In this document: positions 58,087-64,000 of the stretch, piece after piece
Layout of the letters: each line of letters opens with the position of its first letter
Position numbering within the stretch: the first letter of the stretch is position 1
NCBI GenBank assembly: GCA_025355085.1
Contig: JANXLQ010000095.1
Span: 229 to 64,228 of the forward strand
Source of the DNA: Rhodopila sp.
Lineage (GTDB): Bacteria > Pseudomonadota > Alphaproteobacteria > Acetobacterales > Acetobacteraceae
Direction of reading: 5' to 3'
Length of the DNA stretch: 64,000 bases
The notes under the pieces: model-generated
What the model was told of the DNA's origin: nothing
Databases searched by the model: none
The model's input: only the letters and a program-made list of their open reading frames with translations
Position numbers and translations under genes: made by a program

Positions 58087-58559
58087 TCCGCCTTGCTCTC
58101 CACTACGGTGCCCATTTCGGCCCCGTTCGGCCGCAAGGCCGTCGCCGACATATTGCGCGTGATCGGGATCGTCTTCACGCGAACCTCTGGCTGCGGCTTG
58201 GCGAGATCGATATGAAGCAGGCCATTATCCAGCCAGGCACCATTGACATCGATCCCCTCGGCCAACACAAACGAGCGTTGGAACTGCCGAGCGGCGATGC
58301 CGCGATGCAGAAACACCCGGCCCTGGCTGTCGTCGGTCTGCCGTCCCCGGATGACCAACTGATTGTCTTCCTGGGTGATCTGAAGATCGTCCATCGTAAA
58401 CCCCGCAACCGCAAGCGTAATGCGCAACCCGGTCGGGCTGATTTGCTCGATGTTATAGGGCGGGTATCCGTCCGAAGACGTTTTGGACGCACGTTCGAGA
58501 ATTTGCTCGAGGTGGTCGAATCCCAGAAATAGCGGCGACGTAAACATTCGGGTGGTCAT
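58083..58559 (-). CDS. Hsp20/alpha-crystallin family small heat-shock protein
   Basis: YPPYNIEQISPTGLRITLAVAGFTMDDLQITQEDNQLVIRG..GLLHIDL (IbpA-like). Confidence 0.9.
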   Translation of the reverse strand: MTTRMFTSPLFLGFDHLEQILERASKTSSDGYPPYNIEQISPTGLRITLAVAGFTMDDLQITQEDNQLVIRGRQTDDSQGRVFLHRGIAARQFQRSFVLAEGIDVNGAWLDNGLLHIDLAKPQPEVRVKTIPITRNMSATALRPNGAEMGTVVESKAE

Positions 58560-58719
58560 GGCCCCCTCCTACGAGCGAAGCGAATACCAGAACCCTGCTG
58601 AGGCATCCTGGCTTCAAAACATCTTGGCACCGTTGGGCCGACTTGCAAGGGGAATATAGTGTTCACCGTGACAGCCGGAGTTGATTGGCGCCCACCGCAC
58701 CGCTAGATGCAGCGGAACC

Positions 58720-59274
58720 ATGAGCAACAACACACATTCAACAGCGATTGGCTTACTGCCGATCCTGATCGCCCCGCATCAAATCCTGAAAACCCGCGCC
58801 CGTCCGGTGAAGCCGGCCGACTCCGACCTGATTCGCGACCTGATTCCGCGCATGTTCGCCACCATGTATGACGCCCCCGGCATCGGCTTGGCCGCCCCGC
58901 AAATCAGTCAAAGCGTGCGCCTTATCGTCATCGATCTGATGCCGAACGACAAGCGGCAGCCGTACAGCCTCATCAATCCCGAGATCATGCTGGCAAGCGA
59001 GGAATTGGCGATACGCGAGGAAGGTTGCCTGTCCCTGCCCGGCCAGTATGCGGAGATCAGCCGTCCTGCCCGCGTGAAGGTGCGTTATTGGGACGAAACC
59101 GGGGCGAAGCGGGAACTACAAGCCGATGGCCTGTTGGCGGCATGCCTGCAACACGAGATCGATCACCTGGACGGCGTGCTGTTCGTCGATCACCTGTCCG
59201 CGCTGAAGCGCAACATGATTATGCGCCGGCTCGCCAAGGAACAACGGGTTAAGCAAGACGAGCGGACCCGTTAG
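58720..59274 (+). CDS. def: peptide deformylase
   Basis: The three motifs GIGLAAPQ, EGCLSLPG and HEIDHLDG. Confidence 0.92.
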   Translation: MSNNTHSTAIGLLPILIAPHQILKTRARPVKPADSDLIRDLIPRMFATMYDAPGIGLAAPQISQSVRLIVIDLMPNDKRQPYSLINPEIMLASEELAIREEGCLSLPGQYAEISRPARVKVRYWDETGAKRELQADGLLAACLQHEIDHLDGVLFVDHLSALKRNMIMRRLAKEQRVKQDERTR

Positions 59275-59278
59275 CATC

Positions 59279-60187
59279 ATGCGTATCGCCTTCATGGGCA
59301 GTCCGGACTTCGCCGTGCCGGCCTTAAAAGCACTTTACGGCGCCGAGCATACAATTGTAGCGGTCTATTGCCAGCCGGCCCGGCCGGCCGGCCGCGGACA
59401 ATCGATCCGCCGATGCCCCGTCAATGTTGCCGCGGATGAACTCGGCTTGCCGGTTCATAGCCCGGCTCGTCTCAGAACAGACCTACAGGCACAAAGCGAC
59501 TTCGCCTCCCTCGATCTCGATGTAGCCGTCGTCGCGGCTTACGGCCTGATTCTACCCCAATCGATGCTGGATGCACCCAAACGAGGATGCCTGAACATCC
59601 ATGCGAGCCTGCTGCCCCGGTGGCGGGGTGCGGCGCCGATCCAGGCATCGATATACGCCGGTGATACTGAAACCGGCATTACCATCATGCAGATGGATGC
59701 CGGCCTTGATACCGGCCCCATGTTGCTGCGCAAAAGCGTGCCGATCACGCCAGAGACCACGACAGCGATCCTGCACGACGCTTTGGCGGCGATCGGTGCG
59801 GATTTGATCCTGCAAGCCGTCGCATCGACGCCTCCACCGGTCCGGCAGGCCGAAGCCGATGCAACCTACGCCCCTAAATTGTCCCGCGAGGATGGGCGGA
59901 TTGACTGGAGCAAGTCAGCCGTGGTCATCGACCGCCAAATTCGCGCCTTCGATCCATGGCCCGGCACGTTCACGACCCTGGCCGGCGTACCGTTGAAAAT
60001 CCTTGCGGCCCAACCCGCCGAAGGCTTCGGGCAACCGGGAACCGTGCTGGCTGCGAACCTGACCGTCGCCTGTGGGACCGGGGCAGTCAGGTTGACGAAA
60101 ATCCAGCTTCCCGGACGTGGAGCCTTAGAGGCCGATGCGTTTCTGCGAGGCCACGCCGTCTCACCCGGCACGGTTCTCGGACGATGA
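59279..60187 (+). CDS. fmt: methionyl-tRNA formyltransferase
   Basis: MRIAFMGSPDFAVPAL and NIHASLLPRWRGAAPIQ. Confidence 0.93.
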   Translation: MRIAFMGSPDFAVPALKALYGAEHTIVAVYCQPARPAGRGQSIRRCPVNVAADELGLPVHSPARLRTDLQAQSDFASLDLDVAVVAAYGLILPQSMLDAPKRGCLNIHASLLPRWRGAAPIQASIYAGDTETGITIMQMDAGLDTGPMLLRKSVPITPETTTAILHDALAAIGADLILQAVASTPPPVRQAEADATYAPKLSREDGRIDWSKSAVVIDRQIRAFDPWPGTFTTLAGVPLKILAAQPAEGFGQPGTVLAANLTVACGTGAVRLTKIQLPGRGALEADAFLRGHAVSPGTVLGR

Positions 60188-60984
60188 CTCGTTGGGCGCT
60201 GCTTCTGGAATACGATGGCACCCCATTCGTTGGCTGGCAGCGCCAGGTCAATGGTCTGTCGGTGCAGGCCGTGCTCGAACGGGCCGCCACCCATTTGAAC
60301 AGCGGCCAGCCGGTTGCAAGCGTGGCCGCCGGCCGAACCGATTCGGGAGTTCACGCCGAGGGTCAGGTCGCACACATGGACCTTCCCGACCGTCACAGTG
60401 CAAAATCGGTGCGGGAAGCATTGAATTACCACATGAAACCGCATCCCGTGGCCGTACTGAGCGCCGTAGTGGTGCCCGGGGACTGGAGTGCGCGCTTTTC
60501 CGCCGACCAGCGAGCGTACCGCTTCCGCATCCTCAACCGCAGGAGCCGTCCGGCATTGATGCGTGACCGGGTTTGGCATGTCCCTGCCCCGCTCGACACC
60601 GGCGCGATGCATACCGCTGCTCAACTCCTGGTCGGCCATCACGATTTCACATCCTTTCGCGCGGCCTCCTGCCAGGCCAGATCGCCGGTACGAACGTTGG
60701 AACGTTTGGACGTCACCCGGCGCGGCGACATAATCGAGATTGAAACCGAGGCGCGCAGCTTCCTTCATCATCAGGTGCGGAATTTCGTCGGCACTCTTAA
60801 ACTGGTGGGCGACGGAACCTGGCCGCTGGAGCGGGTGACAGCGGCGTTGGAGGCCAGGCACCGCGCCGCTGCCGGCCCGACCGCGCCGCCGGATGGTCTG
60901 ACCTTGATCCGCGTGGGCTACCCGGACGATCCATTTTCCGGGCAGACCCGGCCGAACTCAGAGGCTCAACGAAAAAGCCAGTGA
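60184..60984 (+). CDS. truA: tRNA pseudouridine(38-40) synthase
   Basis: WALLLEYDGTPFVGWQRQ and AAGRTDSGVHAEGQVAH. ATGA overlap with the fmt stop. Confidence 0.92.
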   Translation: MTRWALLLEYDGTPFVGWQRQVNGLSVQAVLERAATHLNSGQPVASVAAGRTDSGVHAEGQVAHMDLPDRHSAKSVREALNYHMKPHPVAVLSAVVVPGDWSARFSADQRAYRFRILNRRSRPALMRDRVWHVPAPLDTGAMHTAAQLLVGHHDFTSFRAASCQARSPVRTLERLDVTRRGDIIEIETEARSFLHHQVRNFVGTLKLVGDGTWPLERVTAALEARHRAAAGPTAPPDGLTLIRVGYPDDPFSGQTRPNSEAQRKSQ

Positions 60985-61524
60985 CGCCAGCAATATTCCG
61001 ATCGACTGATCCAACAGAACCAGCGACACAGCCGCCATCGGTCTCAGGCCCAACGTCAAACGCGTCGCATACCACTCCAACCACAGCGCCCAGCCAATGG
61101 TGACCAACTCACACGCTTGCGCGACGATCTCCGGAGCGCCGAGTGTTCCGGGAATGCCGCCAATGACCACGAGCAGGCCCTCGATCACATTGCACCAGTT
61201 CCATATCACGACGAACCGGCCCCACTGGTCCGCCCTGCCGATCAGCGGCGTCAACCGGTGGGTTAGCTCGACAAACACCAGCCACCCGACCACGAAGACG
61301 ATCACTTCCCGCCCGATCAGGTGAGCCGCATCCGCTGGTACTCCGGCGTCCACCCAGGACATCGATAAACGCCCGATCACCGCCGGCAAACACAGTGCGA
61401 TCGCCCAGAAGCTGCGCGCGATTGTTTTCTGATCGCCCCGCACCAGCACGACACCGTCAGCGTTGCCGCCCGCCAGCCGCAATGCGGCATGAAGTCCGGA
61501 TGTCACGGCTAACACCAAACTCAT
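60958..61524 (-). CDS. hypothetical polytopic membrane protein (paralogue B)
   Basis: 188 aa with about 5 TM segments. It shares ADG.., W(G/T)RF..(I/A).NWC..I and W..W...R..LGL with the upstream ORF. Confidence 0.5.
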   Translation of the reverse strand: MSLVLAVTSGLHAALRLAGGNADGVVLVRGDQKTIARSFWAIALCLPAVIGRLSMSWVDAGVPADAAHLIGREVIVFVVGWLVFVELTHRLTPLIGRADQWGRFVVIWNWCNVIEGLLVVIGGIPGTLGAPEIVAQACELVTIGWALWLEWYATRLTLGLRPMAAVSLVLLDQSIGILLASLAFSLSL

Positions 61525-62090
61525 CCCAGACGGTCAGCCAGGAAACGGGGTCCCATGACGGTAAGGACGGTCCCAAAGTTAACCACCAGAACGAGCACCC
61601 CGGCCCGAAATCCGGACAGACCCAGTGCGTTGCGCGCCAAAAACCAATGCAACCATATTCCGTAAAGCCCGAGACATCCTATCCAAACGCTGCCGGCCGT
61701 TCTTTCATTCAGGCCGAGGGCGATGGCCAGACTCAGTGGAATCAAAAGCAGGCAGGCAAGGACCGGCAGTATCCACTCGCACCAGTTGAAGGCCGTGGCG
61801 AAACGCGTCCAAAATTCTTCCCGCTTCCACAGGCGGGCCAGTTCATAGGACACGACCGCCGGGGTCAGCAGGGCGCACAGCATCATCGCCAAATCGGTCA
61901 ACGCCTGCCGTGGCCCATCCGAATAAATCGCGGTGACCGCCCCGACCAACGGAAAGGCAACCAGCGGGGCGAGGCTGGACAGATAGGCCCGGGCGCTGGA
62001 GCCAAATAATCCAATGCCATCGGCTCGCCCTCGGGCGATGCGCATAATCCCCACTATGACGCTTTTCCGCGCAACTCCGTCCTGACTCAT
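61521..62090 (-). CDS. hypothetical polytopic membrane protein (paralogue A)
   Basis: 189 aa from ATG 62090 (ATGA overlap with the dapE stop). ATGA overlap with paralogue B at 61521-61524. Confidence 0.5.
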   Translation of the reverse strand: MSQDGVARKSVIVGIMRIARGRADGIGLFGSSARAYLSSLAPLVAFPLVGAVTAIYSDGPRQALTDLAMMLCALLTPAVVSYELARLWKREEFWTRFATAFNWCEWILPVLACLLLIPLSLAIALGLNERTAGSVWIGCLGLYGIWLHWFLARNALGLSGFRAGVLVLVVNFGTVLTVMGPRFLADRLG

Positions 62091-63214
62091 GCCAGGAAGG
62101 CCGCGAGAATATCCCGATATATCCGCGCGAGCTCTCGCAATTCCGCCACCGGCACGCATTCGTCGGTCTGATGCATCGTCGCGCCAACCAACCCGAACTC
62201 CGCGACCGGACAGTAATTGGCGATGAAGCGCGCGTCGGACGTTCCGCCGCCGGTGTCCAGTTTGGGATCGATCCCGGTGGCGCCCTTGATCGCATTCCGC
62301 AGAATATCGACGAATGGGCCGGGTTTGGTGACGAACGACTCGCCGCTGATCGAAGACTCCAGGTCGAACCGATCCGCATACCGCGCGAGCGTTGCCCGCA
62401 CCCAGGCGGTCAACGACGCACCACTGTGTCCATCGTTAAACCGGATATTCAGTGCCGCTCGGGCAGACGCGGGTATGACGTTTGTGGCCCCGTTCCCCAC
62501 ATCGATGCTGACCACCTGTAGCGACGACGGTTCGAACCAGTCCGTGCCGGCGTCCACAGGCGCCGATGTCAATGCATCCAACGCCCGAATCAGACGATGG
62601 ATCGGATTGTCGGCGCGATGAGGGTATGCCACATGGCCTTGTGTGCCATGCAACTCGATCTTCATGTTGACGCTGCCGCGCCGGCCGATCTTGACCATGT
62701 CGCCCAGCTTCACCGGGCAGGTTGGCTCTCCCACCAGACAGAAATCCGGGACCTGATCGTTGGCGCGCATCCACTCCAACACCTTCACGGTGCCGTCGGT
62801 CGCCGGGCCTTCCTCGTCTCCGGTAATCAGGAAACTGATTGATCCCTTCAGCGCCCCATGCTCCAGATGTTGCGCCACACCGGAGACGAAAGCAGCAATC
62901 GCACCCTTCATGTCGCAGGCGCCACGCCCGTAAAGCACACCTTCGCGCACCTCGCCGCCGAACGGATCGGTGCGCCAATTCGCGGCCCCCACCGGCACGA
63001 CGTCGGTATGGCCGGCGAAACAGATGTGCGGAGCGCCGGTGCCCAGGCGGGCAAAGATGTTTTCGATCTCACCAAACCGCAGGCGATGGACCGTAAAACC
63101 CAGCCGGCTCAGCATACCGGTCAGCGCAGCTTGTGCGCCACCGTCAGCCGGGGTTACCGAGGCGCAGCGTATCAGTAGCTGCGCCAACGGCAGGGGGTCG
63201 AGAAAATCGCTCAA
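62087..63214 (-). CDS. dapE: succinyl-diaminopimelate desuccinylase
   Basis: [35 protein letters not shown] and LITGDEEG. Start proposed at TTG 63214, overlapping the dapD stop. Confidence 0.9.
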   Translation of the reverse strand: MSDFLDPLPLAQLLIRCASVTPADGGAQAALTGMLSRLGFTVHRLRFGEIENIFARLGTGAPHICFAGHTDVVPVGAANWRTDPFGGEVREGVLYGRGACDMKGAIAAFVSGVAQHLEHGALKGSISFLITGDEEGPATDGTVKVLEWMRANDQVPDFCLVGEPTCPVKLGDMVKIGRRGSVNMKIELHGTQGHVAYPHRADNPIHRLIRALDALTSAPVDAGTDWFEPSSLQVVSIDVGNGATNVIPASARAALNIRFNDGHSGASLTAWVRATLARYADRFDLESSISGESFVTKPGPFVDILRNAIKGATGIDPKLDTGGGTSDARFIANYCPVAEFGLVGATMHQTDECVPVAELRELARIYRDILAAFLA

Positions 63215-64000
63215 TCGCGCAACAACTCGTTGATGGAGGTCTTGGCGCGCGTCTGGGCGTCCACGATCTTCACGATGACCGCGCAATACAGCGACGGACC
63301 CGGCGATCCATCCGGTAACGGCTTACCCGGCAAGGAGCCCGGCACAACCACAGAATAGGCAGGCACCCGGCCCATGAAGATTTCGCCCGTGGCGCGATCG
63401 ATGATTTTGGTGGAGGCGCCGATAAACACCCCCATCGACAGCACACTGCCACGTTCGACGATAACGCCCTCGGCGACTTCAGATCGCGCGCCGACGAAGC
63501 AATCGTCTTCGATGATCACCGGATTGGCCTGCAACGGCTCCAACACACCGCCGATGCCAACCCCGCCGGACAAATGGCAGTTGGCGCCGATCTGGGCGCA
63601 GCTTCCCACCGTTGCCCAGGTATCCACCATCGTGTTCTGCCCAACGCGGGCACCCACATTAACGAAGCTCGGCATCAAGACCGCACCCGGCGCGATGAAC
63701 GCGGAGCGGCGCACGACAGCGCCAGGAACAGCGCGGAATCCAGCTTCCTTGAAGCGGTTTTCACCCCAACCGGCGAATTTCATCGGCACTTTGTCCCACA
63801 CCGGCGCGCCACCGGGTCCTTCCATCGGTCCCGAGTCGTTCAGGCGGAACGACATCAGCACGGCCTTCTTGAGCCACTGATGGACCTGCCATCCGGAGTC
63901 ACCTTTTTCGGCAACACGCACGGTACCCTTGTCCAAGGCATCGAGAGCGGCCTCTACCGCATCGCGCGCCTCGCCTTTGGTCGAAGAGGATAGAGTGTCC
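63211..64000 (-). CDS. dapD: 2,3,4,5-tetrahydropyridine-2,6-dicarboxylate N-succinyltransferase, N-terminus beyond the right edge
   Basis: Hexapeptide-repeat region [51 protein letters not shown]. The frame stays open to the window end. Confidence 0.92.
   Translation of the reverse strand, partial: DTLSSSTKGEARDAVEAALDALDKGTVRVAEKGDSGWQVHQWLKKAVLMSFRLNDSGPMEGPGGAPVWDKVPMKFAGWGENRFKEAGFRAVPGAVVRRSAFIAPGAVLMPSFVNVGARVGQNTMVDTWATVGSCAQIGANCHLSGGVGIGGVLEPLQANPVIIEDDCFVGARSEVAEGVIVERGSVLSMGVFIGASTKIIDRATGEIFMGRVPAYSVVVPGSLPGKPLPDGSPGPSLYCAVIVKIVDAQTRAKTSINELLRD

Noticed and set aside
58560-58680. RpoH-type promoter or ROSE thermometer upstream of hsp20
   Set aside because: A CTTG followed 17 nt later by gccaagat is only a poor match to the alphaproteobacterial sigma-32 -10 element. 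I could not recognise the ROSE consensus by eye, so this is left uncalled.
59866-60861. 331-aa - strand ORF
   Set aside because: It is antisense to fmt and truA and is Arg/Gly/Ala-rich with no motifs.

Overview
High-GC alphaproteobacterial-type chromosome segment. The taxon is inferred from a GTTC-N7-GTTC SOS box at recA, TTAA-N7-TTAA boxes at a flagellar promoter, a hemD/Mic60-like/hemY-like cluster and glnD-murJ-trpS synteny. Coordinates 1-24.6 kb and 49.2-64 kb hold ordinary housekeeping genes: maeB, mnmG, mutS, glnD, an M23 peptidase, the heme cluster, tsaD, rlmJ, gpsA, murJ, trpS, an lpoA-like gene, rsmI, queG-queF-tgt, a TPP enzyme, a cytidine-deaminase-like gene, recA, the flagellar export/rod genes flhB-fliR-fliQ-fliE-flgC-flgB and fliO-fliP, mscL, hsp20 plus DUF1150, def-fmt-truA, two paralogous membrane proteins, dapE and dapD. 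Between tgt and the TPP enzyme (about 24640-49189) lies a visibly lower-GC cassette of 25 ORFs, all on the + strand. It encodes only virion structural functions: TerL, portal, scaffold, coat, unknown neck proteins, contractile sheath, tube, a chaperone with a textbook -1 frameshift site, a very short atypical tape measure, a Mu/P2-type baseplate, and four fibre or glycan-acting proteins. It has no integrase, regulators, replication genes, small terminase, protease, lysis genes or recognisable att repeats. Its terL frame is broken at a T7 tract. This is the main candidate for something unusual, either a domesticated GTA-like or tailocin-like particle locus, or a prophage remnant. Other notable items are an in-frame 18-bp x6 tandem repeat at the 5' end of mutS and a MITE/REP-like palindromic element family, one copy of which has 16-bp inverted ends and a 9-bp flanking duplication. 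There are also two CtrA-type boxes in the flgB/fliO divergent promoter, a recA SOS box, and a hairpin that sequesters the mscL ribosome-binding site. No rRNA, tRNA or CRISPR was seen. All functional calls rest on motif and pattern recognition and on gene order. No database search was possible.
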